From Sediminibacterium sp. (GTDB taxonomy: Bacteria > Bacteroidota > Bacteroidia > Chitinophagales > Chitinophagaceae): 64,000 nt of DNA. Shown here piece after piece: positions 7,956-17,886 of this stretch. Location of the stretch: NCBI GenBank assembly GCA_965283715.1, contig CBDIPL010000004.1:199780-263779 (forward strand), given 5' to 3'. The notes under the pieces are model-generated. The model ran no database searches. It was not told the DNA's origin and saw only the letters and a program-made list of their open reading frames with translations. Positions within the stretch are counted from its first letter, which is position 1, and each line of letters begins with the position of its first letter. The translations under genes and the position numbers were made by a program.

Positions 7956-10268
7956 ATGATGAAAAGTACCCTTTATCTGCGGGCAAAAAAGAGTTGGTTA
8001 TTGCTTTTATTTTGCATGCTCGCAGTTTCGGTTATGGCACAGAAACCGATTGGTGGTTCAATGAACCCATCACAGTTATCAAACCAGCAGATCTTACTCA
8101 TGTGGCAACAGGCCCAAAAAGGTGGCGGTTCTGATAATGATGCTATTAAACAACTCGTAAGGAATGGTATGAGCCCTTCTGATGTAAACAGTTTCAAAAA
8201 AAGATTGCTACAAGCTCAATCATCTTCACAAACAAAAGGCGCGGGTAAAATTAGTGATACAACAGCTTTTATGCAAGATAGCAGCTGGGTACAGAGTATT
8301 CCGCAGATGAGAAAGTCTTCTCCCTATTATGGGTTTGATCTCTTTAGCAACCCCAATGTTTCTTTCCAAACGAACCGAAATATCAATCCGCCAAAAACTT
8401 ATATCCTTGGCCCCGGCGATGCATTAACCCTCACGCTCACTGGCGTAAACGAAACCACCTTAACGGATAAAATAGCACGTGATGGTGGTTTCCAGGTTCC
8501 GCATGGGGATATTATTAACCTGAGCGGATTAACCATGGATCAGGCTCAGCAGAAAATTAAAGCCAAAATGCAACGGGCATATCCGGCATTGGCAAGCGGA
8601 CAAACAAAATTGTTTATCACACTTGATAATGCCAGGAATATAGATGTTCATATCATTGGCGAAGCAGCAAGACCCGGCACTTATACCATTTCAGCATTGG
8701 CAAATTTTTTCAATGTATTGTATCTTTCTGAAGGGCCATCGCAACAAGGAACTTTGCGTAAAATTGAATTGATCCGGAATAACAAACTGATTGCAACCGT
8801 TGATTTCTACAGTTTTTTACAGAAAGGTGTTTTTAATACCGACTTGAAATTAGAGGATCAGGATATTATCAGGATCCCTGTTTATAATAAACGGGTAATT
8901 CTGAATGGAGAAGTAAAAAGACCGCTGATTTATGAACTGCTCGACAAAGAAACCCTGACAGATCTTATTGAGTATGCGGGCGGAATGGAAGGAACTGCAT
9001 ACAAAGAATCAGCAAAAATTGTGCAAGTTGGTGGTAAGGAAAGAACGATCAGGGATATCAACCGCATTGATTTTTCAAATTTTATTCCCCAAAATGCAGA
9101 CTCTGTTCATATTGGCTCTGTGCTTACCACCTATACAAATCGTGTTTTGATAGGCGGTGCTGTGTACCGCCCGGGAGGTTACCAACTAACAGATGGATTG
9201 CGCCTTTTAAAGCTGATCAGCAATGCAGAAGGGCTTCGCGAAGATGCCTTTATTACGAATGGATACATTATGCGAAAGAAAGCCGGCAATGCGGAAAGAG
9301 AATTAATATCCTTTAATCTTAACAAAGTACAGTCGGGAACTGCTTCAGATATACTGCTTATTAAAGATGATTCAATTTTCATTCCATCACGCGATAGCCT
9401 CCGTGATGTGCCGTATGTTACCATTGGTGGCAATGTGAGGTCGCCCGGCACATTTGAGTTCCGCAAAGGAATGTCTTTGGAAGATTTGGTACTGATGGCC
9501 GGTGGTTTTACAAATGACGCGGCGAATCACAAAGTAGAAATTTCAAGGTTAGAAATGAACCGCTCCGATACACTCGCCAACAAACTGATCAATCTGATCA
9601 AGGCAGATGTAGATACCAGTCTTTCCAACAGCGGCAGCAAAACATTATTGGAACCACTTGACAATGTTTTTGTACCACGGCTACTCAATTACCGCATACT
9701 GGGCAGTGTAAAAGTTCGTGGAGAAGTTCAATATACAGGCGACTACACATTAGAGAGAAGGGATGAAAGTATACAGGAACTAATAGAACGTTCCGGAGGT
9801 ATTACACCGTATGCTTCTTTAACCAATACACAGGTTTTCAGGAATGGGGTACGGGTAGCAACTACCATTTTTTCTGACGAAAAGGGAACTTCCGAAAAAT
9901 TTCCACTCCTTCCGGGCGATAGCATTTTTATTCCACGCCATGTAACATTCGTGGAGGTAACGGGTGCAGTATTTAATCCGCAAATCCTTAAGTATGGGTC
10001 GAGCAGTTTTACTTCCTATATCTCCGGAGTAGGCGGTACTACAGATAAAGGTAATCTGAAGAAGGCCTATATCCAATATGGCAATGGTGTAAATAAAAAA
10101 ATCACCCGTTTTCTTTTTTTCAGGAACTATCCCAAGGTATTACCGGGAAGTAAAATTATTGTTCCTGAAAAATCAGAGTCCGACAAAAGAACAATTTCTG
10201 TATTGGAAATATCAGCCTTAGCAACGCTTTTGGGTGCGCTGGCGGCTATCATTAGTGTAATAAAGTAA
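7956..10268 (+). CDS. SLBB-repeat polysaccharide export protein (Wza/KpsD-like OPX)
   Basis: Signal peptide, YGFDLF, YILGPGD Poly_export motif, several SLBB repeats (GEAARPG, GEVKRP, GAVYRPG, GNVRSPG, GEVQYTG, GAVFNP) and C-terminal TM helix (LEISALATLLGALAAII). Confidence 0.9.
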   Translation: MMKSTLYLRAKKSWLLLLFCMLAVSVMAQKPIGGSMNPSQLSNQQILLMWQQAQKGGGSDNDAIKQLVRNGMSPSDVNSFKKRLLQAQSSSQTKGAGKISDTTAFMQDSSWVQSIPQMRKSSPYYGFDLFSNPNVSFQTNRNINPPKTYILGPGDALTLTLTGVNETTLTDKIARDGGFQVPHGDIINLSGLTMDQAQQKIKAKMQRAYPALASGQTKLFITLDNARNIDVHIIGEAARPGTYTISALANFFNVLYLSEGPSQQGTLRKIELIRNNKLIATVDFYSFLQKGVFNTDLKLEDQDIIRIPVYNKRVILNGEVKRPLIYELLDKETLTDLIEYAGGMEGTAYKESAKIVQVGGKERTIRDINRIDFSNFIPQNADSVHIGSVLTTYTNRVLIGGAVYRPGGYQLTDGLRLLKLISNAEGLREDAFITNGYIMRKKAGNAERELISFNLNKVQSGTASDILLIKDDSIFIPSRDSLRDVPYVTIGGNVRSPGTFEFRKGMSLEDLVLMAGGFTNDAANHKVEISRLEMNRSDTLANKLINLIKADVDTSLSNSGSKTLLEPLDNVFVPRLLNYRILGSVKVRGEVQYTGDYTLERRDESIQELIERSGGITPYASLTNTQVFRNGVRVATTIFSDEKGTSEKFPLLPGDSIFIPRHVTFVEVTGAVFNPQILKYGSSSFTSYISGVGGTTDKGNLKKAYIQYGNGVNKKITRFLFFRNYPKVLPGSKIIVPEKSESDKRTISVLEISALATLLGALAAIISVIK

Positions 10269-10303
10269 AGCTTTTAGCCATTAGTAATGAGCTATAGGCT
10301 GTC
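10269..10303. repeat. Degenerate heptamer array AGCTTTT/AGCCATT/AGTAATG/AGCTATA/GGCTGTC
   Basis: Five consecutive 7-mers starting right after the stop codon, each beginning AG or GG, with C at the third position in four of them. Confidence 0.55.
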
Positions 10304-10329
10304 AACGGCAAAAATTGTAAAGAAAAAAA

Positions 10330-11405
10330 ATGGAACAAACCAAACATATCAATACCAGCGATTTGCCTGAAGATGAACCCTTCTCTTTATTAAACGAAAT
10401 CAAGGGAGTCGGTAAATCTGTTGCTTATGCCTTAGGACATTGGCGATTACTGGGTATTGTGGCCATTTTAGGTTTTCTGGCTGGTGTTCTGTATAGTTGG
10501 ATGAAACCGGTACGCTATACAGCTCGTACCACTTTTGTGGTAGAAGAATCAAAAATGGGCGGAGGTTCAATTGCATCGGCATTAGCCGGACAATTTGGTT
10601 TGGATATGGGAAGTTTAGCAGGAGGATCAGGCGGGATATTATCCGGCGATAATGTACTGGAGCTCGTAAAAAGTCATAACCTGATCAGGAAAACACTTTT
10701 ATCAGCTTACGACAGTACCAATTCAAAAAGTTCGCTTGCAGATATCTATGCAGACACAAAGGGGTGGAAAGAGAAGTGGGCAAAAAATAGTAAAGTGGGC
10801 AAGGCTGTTAATTTCCCTTACAATGGAACCACTCTTGGAAGAACAGAAGACAGTCTTTTACAAAAAATAACAAAAGAGATCATCAAATCAGATCTCAACA
10901 TTGCAAAACCCGACAGAAAATTAGGCTTCTTCGAATTATCGGTTACTATGAATGACGAAAGGCTTAGCCTTCTATTTAATCAAAGATTATTAAAAGTAGC
11001 AACGGATTTTTATATCACTACTAAAACAAGAAGGTTATCGAATAACGTGAAACGCTTGCAGGGAAAAGCCGATAGTCTTGCGATTTACCTGAACAGAAAA
11101 ACCTATTCTGCAGCAGATGCCGACAGAAAATTACTTGACGCCAATCCGGTTTATGCAGAACCGCAGGTATCAGCAGAAATATCTTATCGTGATAAAATAA
11201 TGCAGGCTACGATATATGGGGAGATTGTAAAAAATCTGGAGATAAGCAGAACGGCATTGATACAGGAAACACCTACCATACAGATAGTAGATGATCCGGA
11301 AATACCATTGAAAGATAACAAACAAATTGGTGGTTAGCTGCTTTTGCAGGCGCCACTTTGATGGTATTTGTCACAGCAATCGTTGTGATTGCTGTAAAAA
11401 AATAA
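10330..11405 (+). CDS. wzz: Wzz-like polysaccharide co-polymerase; as sequenced it stops at 11337, and a -1 frameshift at 11320-11322 removes the second TM helix
   Basis: TM1 (LLGIVAILGFLAGVLYS), KPVRYTARTTFVVEE, coiled-coil region and ETPTIQIVDDPEIPL. The restored frame gives KTNWWLAAFAGATLMVFVTAIVVIAVKK*. Confidence 0.85.
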
Positions 11406-11414
11406 ACGGAAGGG

Positions 11415-12083
11415 ATGATGATCATAAAAAAAATTGCAGACAATAATAACCCTGCTTCCCTTTCACATAAGTTAAGAACCAAGCGGTTTAAATTCTTCTT
11501 ATCACTGATTAATCATTTACCGAGGCCACTATCTATTTTGGATATTGGAGGCACTACTGCATTTTGGGAAGCGATGAATTTTAACAACGAAGGGGTTACC
11601 ATTACCTTGTTAAATCTCAGTGCACAGCCCGTAGATCGAAAAGGTTTTATTAGTGTTTCGGGTGATGCAACCAAATTACAATTCCCGGATCAAAGCTTTG
11701 ATATTGTCTTCTCAAATTCAGTTATTGAACATTTATTTGATCAGGAAAGTCAACAGAAAATGGCAGCAGAAATACAAAGGGTAGGCAAATGTTATTTTAT
11801 CCAAACGCCTAATTACTGGTTTCCAATAGAACCGCATTGGGTATTCCCATTTTTTCAATACCTACCCTTTCCTACCCGGGTTTTTCTAACCCAACATCTT
11901 TCTCTCGGTCACATAAAAAAAATCCACAACAAAGTGGATGCGGAAAAACAAGTAAGGGAGATTAAATTACTATCCTATAAACAAATGCAATCACTTTTTC
12001 CAGAAGCCAGTATTCATTGTGAGAAATTTTTTTTCTTAAACAAGTCTTTTGTTGCTTACAAATTTGAGAGGAGTTTCCAATGA
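11415..12083 (+). CDS. Class I SAM-dependent methyltransferase
   Basis: ILDIGGT, GDATKLQFPDQSFDIVFSNSVIEH, QTPNYWFPIEPH. Confidence 0.85.
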   Translation: MMIIKKIADNNNPASLSHKLRTKRFKFFLSLINHLPRPLSILDIGGTTAFWEAMNFNNEGVTITLLNLSAQPVDRKGFISVSGDATKLQFPDQSFDIVFSNSVIEHLFDQESQQKMAAEIQRVGKCYFIQTPNYWFPIEPHWVFPFFQYLPFPTRVFLTQHLSLGHIKKIHNKVDAEKQVREIKLLSYKQMQSLFPEASIHCEKFFFLNKSFVAYKFERSFQ

Positions 12084-12137
12084 GAAAAAATAAAAGGAAT
12101 ATCTAATTAAATCAATAGTACGACTTGTAAATAAAAC

Positions 12138-12169
12138 AAAAGGCATCAAGATTAAACCTGATGCCTTTT
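12138..12169. terminator. Bidirectional intrinsic terminator between the two convergent loci
   Basis: Perfect 11-bp inverted repeat AAAAGGCATCA (12138-12148) / TGATGCCTTTT (12159-12169), giving a U-tract on both strands, between the stops at 12083 (+) and 12248 (-). Confidence 0.85.
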
Positions 12170-12247
12170 AATATTACACAAATCCCTTGAGATTAACTAC
12201 TCTTTAGCTTTACGCTAATATCTATCTAATCGGGTTTTTATCAAAAA

Positions 12248-13936
12248 TTATAACTTGTATATAACCCCTATTTTACCTGTCCAGTTTAATATCTCATTAC
12301 CGGGTGCAAAAAAATTATTTGGGTCAACCTGTATAATCAGCCATTGATAGTTGTAAGATCGAACGACACCAAATTGTGCAAACGTATATACCTTTTTAAA
12401 ATCCCAATTTACTTTTGCCATCCCACTCAGGTTAATCCAATGGCGTCTGAAATCCAATGTACTTGCGAAAGCATAATAATAAAAATCACTGTTGTAGCGA
12501 ACTCGCTCGAACTCAAGACCAATTTTTTTCAACCCCTTCACCCAACTGATTTCAAAGGATTGGCTGTTACTTCCCGGTCCGATTCCTGCACCAATAGATC
12601 TACCAGAATGCGTATATCCCTGTCGAACATACCGATGGGTATACCAACTATCAGGATCCAGAATCAGTTCAGCAGTAGGTGCCTGCATTTGCGTAAACTC
12701 AGCTGTAAACAGAATATTGGCTTTATTTCTGGTTGGGAATAACTTTCTTACTCCAGCCACATATGCTCTTCGATACGCATCCGTTTGCAGGATATTCCAG
12801 GGCATTAGTGAAATATCCTTTCGACCATATTCCATGTATATTTCAGCATGATCCCCAGGCATTATATAACGCGCAAACAAAGAACCCATTGAAGCTTTTT
12901 TACCATTACGTTCAGAAGCAGTTCTAACCCTGCCCATAAATCCTTGTAACGGCAGAACATCCAATGGATTGGATATATCGGAGTGATATAAATAAGAGGC
13001 TTTGGCAATTCCCAGGTAAAGGTGTTTTACCCACTTAGGCTGCCAGGATACTACCATCCCAGTTATATACCTCCATTCCTGGTTCTTAGGCTGATATAAA
13101 AATGACCCATTAAAAGAACTGTAGATACGGGGTGGTAAGATTCCTGATTCTTCGAGTTTACCGGCAATTACCTGTCCTTCAAAACTACCTATTCTCGTTT
13201 GTATGGGCTTTATTGTATTGAAAGTAGCATGAAGAAAACCTGGTGCATTCGTGCTCATAATAAGCGAATTTTTCCAACCTGGGCCCCACCACAAACTCTC
13301 GGTGGAAATACCGGTAGAAAAAGAACGGAAATGATAGCGGATACTCGATTGACCAGGTAATATTTTTGAATAAGAGCTATTACCCAGTCTTGTAGGAATA
13401 TCGGAAGTGTTCAGAAATCTGTAATAAGAAGCCCAGTTATCATTACTGAGTTGTTGTGAGAACTGTTCAAATTCTTTGTTATCTGCATACACAATTTCGG
13501 GAGCTAATTGAACTGTAATGTGTTTGCCTATTCTGGCATATACACCTGTTCTGGCGGCTATCTGGTAGCCTTTAGCAGGAATCATACCACCCAAATTCCA
13601 TTCATAAGGTAAGGCAGAATTATATAATTGTGTAACAACTACCGGAAGCAGCTCAAAAGAAAATATTTTTTTCCTGAGACTCCAACTCTTTCCCTTGTAA
13701 AAAGCGCTCTTATCCAGGATGGAATCACCATCATCATTCAGTTGAATCTGGTTACTGTTTACTGAAAAAGATTGTTTATAAAAATCATTCCCGAGAAGTT
13801 GTTGGTTTCGTTGAACATCTTTCAATATTTCATTTGAAACAGACTGACCCAAACATATAGCTTGTACGCTTATTGATAAATAAAGTAAAGATATCAGTCG
13901 AAAAAATAGATTCATCTTCTTATGCATCAATATCAC
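12248..13936 (-). CDS. Capsule assembly Wzi-family outer-membrane protein (copy 2)
   Basis: Signal-like N-terminus, TESLWWGPGWKNSLIMSTNAPGF, WQPKWV, HSGRSIGAGIGPGSNSQ and C-terminal GVIYKL. The true start may be a few codons inside. Confidence 0.8.
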   Translation of the reverse strand: MILMHKKMNLFFRLISLLYLSISVQAICLGQSVSNEILKDVQRNQQLLGNDFYKQSFSVNSNQIQLNDDGDSILDKSAFYKGKSWSLRKKIFSFELLPVVVTQLYNSALPYEWNLGGMIPAKGYQIAARTGVYARIGKHITVQLAPEIVYADNKEFEQFSQQLSNDNWASYYRFLNTSDIPTRLGNSSYSKILPGQSSIRYHFRSFSTGISTESLWWGPGWKNSLIMSTNAPGFLHATFNTIKPIQTRIGSFEGQVIAGKLEESGILPPRIYSSFNGSFLYQPKNQEWRYITGMVVSWQPKWVKHLYLGIAKASYLYHSDISNPLDVLPLQGFMGRVRTASERNGKKASMGSLFARYIMPGDHAEIYMEYGRKDISLMPWNILQTDAYRRAYVAGVRKLFPTRNKANILFTAEFTQMQAPTAELILDPDSWYTHRYVRQGYTHSGRSIGAGIGPGSNSQSFEISWVKGLKKIGLEFERVRYNSDFYYYAFASTLDFRRHWINLSGMAKVNWDFKKVYTFAQFGVVRSYNYQWLIIQVDPNNFFAPGNEILNWTGKIGVIYKL

Positions 13937-15486
13937 TTATTAAAAAAATAATTAACAGAAAGCCGGGTATGCAGGTTTAAGGTATTACGTCCGGCTTCCC
14001 ATGCATAGTTTTTATTTTTAATTACCTCCACAATGCCAGAGATCAACATGTTTTTATATTTCCATTGAGGTAAAACTCCAATGCCTAAATCTATCCATTT
14101 GTTGGGACGCGACTGAGGATCTCGCTCAACTCTCTCAATCAATAAGCCGAGTTGGGTTTCCCCTTTTATCAATGTGGCTTTGATACTTTGAACATTTGCA
14201 CCAAAGCCAGCTCCACTACCTAAAATTTGATTCTGATTCGTATATCCTTCAACAACCTGACCGTGTTCATACCAATTCCCTGAATTCCGAACTATCCAAT
14301 CTGGAGATTGACTCATCTGTGTTATCTCCAACCCCAATTCAAGACTCGCCTTCTTGGGAAGGGGCATTATTTTTTTAATCCCTGCTATATGAGCAGCAGA
14401 ATGACTTGGACCTAACAAATAATCTCTGGTATTCAATCCGTAATCATTAAACCCATATTCTACATAAAACTCTATTTGGGCTTTCGGAAGTACCCATCGC
14501 ATAAAAAAAGAGGCAAGCTGATCTCTATTGAGCGTATCATCTCCCAAATTGTTTTTTTTCTGCACAGCCAGTGCCAATACGGGTATGTATCGTTCGAAAG
14601 CGCCAAGATTAGAAGAACTATTATACGCTGAATATGTTTGAACCGATCTTGTAAATCCAAGAAAAAGACCAGGAACCCATTTAGGTTGATAACTAATAAC
14701 CAAGCCGCTTAAATACCTTGATTTGCTTGCCAAAGTATTAGGCATCAAATGTTGATTCTCATATGCCAGTTTATTATTAGAGTTTAGTTGTCCGCCAATT
14801 AATTGCCATTCAAAACTACCAATGGCTGTTTTTAAGGGTTTTCTTGTTTTAAAGAAAAAATGTCCAAACCCCGGTGCATTATTACTCATCAGAAGAGAAC
14901 TGCGTACTCCCGGCCCCCACCAAATATTTTGCGTAGTATAGCCCAAAGAAAAAGCACCAGCAGACAAACTTATTGCCGATTGCCCGGCGAATAATCTAGA
15001 AAACGAGCCGGTAGATTTACTACCATACGAAGTATTGTTTTCGTAATTAGTATTAGCAGCAAACACATATTCTGGTTGCAACTGAATATCCAGTGGCCCA
15101 AAAGAGCCATATATACCAGCACTTATAAACGATTGGTATCCTTTTGCAGATATCATGGCACCATCATTCCAACCATAAGGGTGGTGGGAGTTGAATTGCT
15201 GTGTTAAGGTAACGGGAAGAATTTTCATAATTGGTCGCTTCCAGTTCATCCTTGCATTGGGATCGGTTATCAGCGACCGCACAGCAAATGAAACCGTAGA
15301 ATCATATAATCCTAATAACTGTTTAGACCGTAGCTCTTGATCCTCAAAAGTCCCAACCGGGATAGACTGACCCGACAGTTCATTTTGCAAACCCAAAAGT
15401 TGAAGCAAAAAAAATCCCGCAACGAAAAGTTGGGGATAGCTATTTTTTTGTATCTGCTTAAACAACTTTCGATATCGAAATAACAT
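13933..15486 (-). CDS. Capsule assembly Wzi-family outer-membrane protein (copy 3), tandem paralog of copy 2
   Basis: TQNIWWGPGVRSSLLMSNNAPGF, YQPKWVPGLFLGF and NQILGSGAGFGANVQ align by eye with copy 2. ATG 15486 is preferred over the TTG at 15519. Confidence 0.8.
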   Translation of the reverse strand: MLFRYRKLFKQIQKNSYPQLFVAGFFLLQLLGLQNELSGQSIPVGTFEDQELRSKQLLGLYDSTVSFAVRSLITDPNARMNWKRPIMKILPVTLTQQFNSHHPYGWNDGAMISAKGYQSFISAGIYGSFGPLDIQLQPEYVFAANTNYENNTSYGSKSTGSFSRLFAGQSAISLSAGAFSLGYTTQNIWWGPGVRSSLLMSNNAPGFGHFFFKTRKPLKTAIGSFEWQLIGGQLNSNNKLAYENQHLMPNTLASKSRYLSGLVISYQPKWVPGLFLGFTRSVQTYSAYNSSSNLGAFERYIPVLALAVQKKNNLGDDTLNRDQLASFFMRWVLPKAQIEFYVEYGFNDYGLNTRDYLLGPSHSAAHIAGIKKIMPLPKKASLELGLEITQMSQSPDWIVRNSGNWYEHGQVVEGYTNQNQILGSGAGFGANVQSIKATLIKGETQLGLLIERVERDPQSRPNKWIDLGIGVLPQWKYKNMLISGIVEVIKNKNYAWEAGRNTLNLHTRLSVNYFFNK

Positions 15487-17410
15487 TGCTTCCACTCTTT
15501 TCTTTGTCAAGACTTTCAAATATAGAATTATTACTTACAAACTCTGGTACCAACTCTTTCATTTTTGCCACCATTTCCATAGACCCCTGTTTGCGTTTGG
15601 CAAGCTCCACCAATTCTTCAAAATGGGCCTGCAAATTATCAAGTTGATTATGCCTTACTTTAGCTATCATAATCTTTTCGTGATAAGTAGTGGTAGTATT
15701 CTCTGAGTCAGTTAAAAGTTCCTCATATAGCTTTTCGCCAGGCCTTAGGCCAGTATACTTAATGTCAATATCTATGCCAGGAACCAGTCCATATAATCGA
15801 ATCATCTTTTTTGCCAATTCTACAATAGCTACAGGTTTACCCATATCAAATACAAAAATTTCTCCGCCCCTGCCCATAGATCCTGCTTCCAAAACCAACT
15901 GGCACGCTTCAGGAATAGTCATAAAAAAACGGGTAATATTTGGGTGTGTAACTGTTACTGGTCCACCCTTTTCAATTTGTTCTTTAAACCGGATAATTAC
16001 AGAACCATTAGAGCCCAATACGTTTCCAAAACGCGTAGTAATAAACTTTGTACCCCGCCCGGAACCTTCATTTAAATTTTTCGATTCAATGTGGTTACTA
16101 TTATAATGAAGTTGTTGTACATACGCTTCTGCTAGTCGTTTGGAAGCTCCCATCACATTCGTAGGATTCACAGCCTTATCAGTTGATACCATTACAAAAC
16201 GTTGTACATGATGCTTTATCGACAAATCAGCTATGATTTTGGTACCCATCACATTAGTAAGAATGGCTTCTGTAGGACAAAGCTCCATCATAGGTACATG
16301 CTTATAAGCAGCAGCGTGGTATACGTAATGAGGCTCAAATAGACTGAACATTTCCTCCATTCGTCCTTCATTAGTCACATCACCCAAATAGGGAACACAA
16401 TTAGTAGATGTCCGAATATCCTGAAGCTCTAGCTCTAATTGATGCAGAGGCGTTTCGGCTTGATCACAGAGCACAATTGTTTGTGGATTAAACTTAAGTA
16501 ACTGACGTACAATCTCACTACCGATAGAGCCAGCAGCACCTGTAACCAATATTCTTTTATTACTGATTTGATTCGCAATTTCCTCGTTGTTGATACGTAT
16601 AGGTTCTCTTTCGAGAAGGTTTTCGATTTTAATAGTCTGTAACTGACGGGCAGAGAATTGACCATTAATCCATTTATCCAATGGAGGTACATTCAATACT
16701 GTAATATCGTGATCTAAACAAAAGTCAACCAGCTCGTTCTTTTTCGAAGGGGCTAAAGTGAACGCTGCTATAATGATTTCATCAATTTTCTGGGTCAAAG
16801 AAAGAGACTGAAGATCTAATGTGTGATGAATACGGATACCATCTACAACCTTACCAACTTTTCGGGTATCATCATCAACAAATGCAACAATGTTAACATT
16901 AGATGTAGTATCATGCTCTAGAACACGTTTGGTGGCAAACCCTGCTTCACCGGCTCCATATATGATTACGTTCTTTCTATCCATCTTGTAGTTACGAAGG
17001 TAATTGAACGAATATTTTACTAAAACCCGGTAAGAAATCAGGAATAAAAAACTGAAAAGGGCGTAAATGATTAAAGTAACATTAGAAAACGATAAAGGGC
17101 CGCCTGAATTAGATGCTACCAGACTTATGAAGAAAAGCACACTGGTTGTCATTACAATGGAATAACAAATCCGTAAAGCATCCTGTACACCGGTGTAGCG
17201 GATAATACCCGCGTAGGTTCTGAAATTGATAAAGACAATAGAATTAATTAGAACCAAGATTAACAGGTTCCCACTCATATCTTGCATATTAATCGCCTCA
17301 ACCGTCAAATTTACCCTTATTAGGTACGAGAAAATGAGCGCAAAGCAACAAATACCCAGATCTATCATAAAAATGATCCAACGGGGTACAATATTAATTT
17401 TTTTAAACAT
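15458..17410 (-). CDS. Membrane-anchored UDP-GlcNAc 4,6-dehydratase (CapD/WbpM/PglF family)
   Basis: Four N-terminal TM helices, IYGAGEAG, VTGAAGSIGSE, HAAAYKHVP, STDKAVNPTNVMGASKR, RFGNVLGSNGSV, GLRPGEKLYEEL. Confidence 0.95.
   Translation of the reverse strand: MFKKINIVPRWIIFMIDLGICCFALIFSYLIRVNLTVEAINMQDMSGNLLILVLINSIVFINFRTYAGIIRYTGVQDALRICYSIVMTTSVLFFISLVASNSGGPLSFSNVTLIIYALFSFLFLISYRVLVKYSFNYLRNYKMDRKNVIIYGAGEAGFATKRVLEHDTTSNVNIVAFVDDDTRKVGKVVDGIRIHHTLDLQSLSLTQKIDEIIIAAFTLAPSKKNELVDFCLDHDITVLNVPPLDKWINGQFSARQLQTIKIENLLEREPIRINNEEIANQISNKRILVTGAAGSIGSEIVRQLLKFNPQTIVLCDQAETPLHQLELELQDIRTSTNCVPYLGDVTNEGRMEEMFSLFEPHYVYHAAAYKHVPMMELCPTEAILTNVMGTKIIADLSIKHHVQRFVMVSTDKAVNPTNVMGASKRLAEAYVQQLHYNSNHIESKNLNEGSGRGTKFITTRFGNVLGSNGSVIIRFKEQIEKGGPVTVTHPNITRFFMTIPEACQLVLEAGSMGRGGEIFVFDMGKPVAIVELAKKMIRLYGLVPGIDIDIKYTGLRPGEKLYEELLTDSENTTTTYHEKIMIAKVRHNQLDNLQAHFEELVELAKRKQGSMEMVAKMKELVPEFVSNNSIFESLDKEKSGSNVISISKVV
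15517..15524 (-). promoter_or_regulatory. Candidate internal -7 element TATATTTG for the two wzi-like genes, inside the 3' end of the capD-like gene
   Basis: The + strand CAAATATA is an exact TAnnTTTG match on the - strand, about 30 bp before ATG 15486. Confidence 0.4.
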
Positions 17411-17438
17411 ATTTAGGATTTGATCAATATAAATAGGC

Positions 17439-17467
17439 CCTGTAATACAGGAACAATTTCAAAATTG
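17439..17467. promoter_or_regulatory. Two adjacent palindromes upstream of the capD-like start: CCTGTA-A-TACAGG (17439-17451) and CAATTT-CA-AAATTG (17454-17467)
   Basis: Both inverted repeats are perfect and lie about 30-60 bp upstream of the ATG at 17410; their function is inferred only. Confidence 0.35.
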
Positions 17468-17886
17468 AACATAAATATAACATAAATTAGAATAATCATA
17501 AACTATGACATTATCAAGATATCACTTGCCCAAATGGTATTACTTAGCTTTCAAAATACTAAAAAGATGAAAAGGCAAATTATTATTTTATCAAAGTTTT
17601 ATTTCATGAATTATTATAGCTGATTTTAATTAAACCATTTGCTTATTCTCACATATGTAGACAGAGACCTAAATATATATAACAAATATTCGTTATATTT
17701 ATTATAGTCTAGAATAATGTAATAACAATCGATGTAAAAGAAAATGATATGCCATTTTTTGTATGTAATTTAAATTTATTAGTACTGTGATTACCACCAG
17801 TTTAAATTCATTTTTCATATCTGATCAATAGTTTAAAACTAATACGAGATAAGAAAAAAAGTATGCAACAGGTTGTAAAATTTAAA

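Noticed and set aside
17531-17641. 8-bp inverted repeat CAAATGGT / ACCATTTG as an invertible-promoter boundary
   Set aside because: Too short, no clear promoter between the arms, and no recombinase gene in the window.
17421-17830. 9-bp direct repeat TGATCAATA (17421 and 17822) as a target-site duplication around the AT-rich spacer
   Set aside because: No terminal inverted repeats or transposase remnant inside, and 9-mer matches are expected by chance at this AT content.
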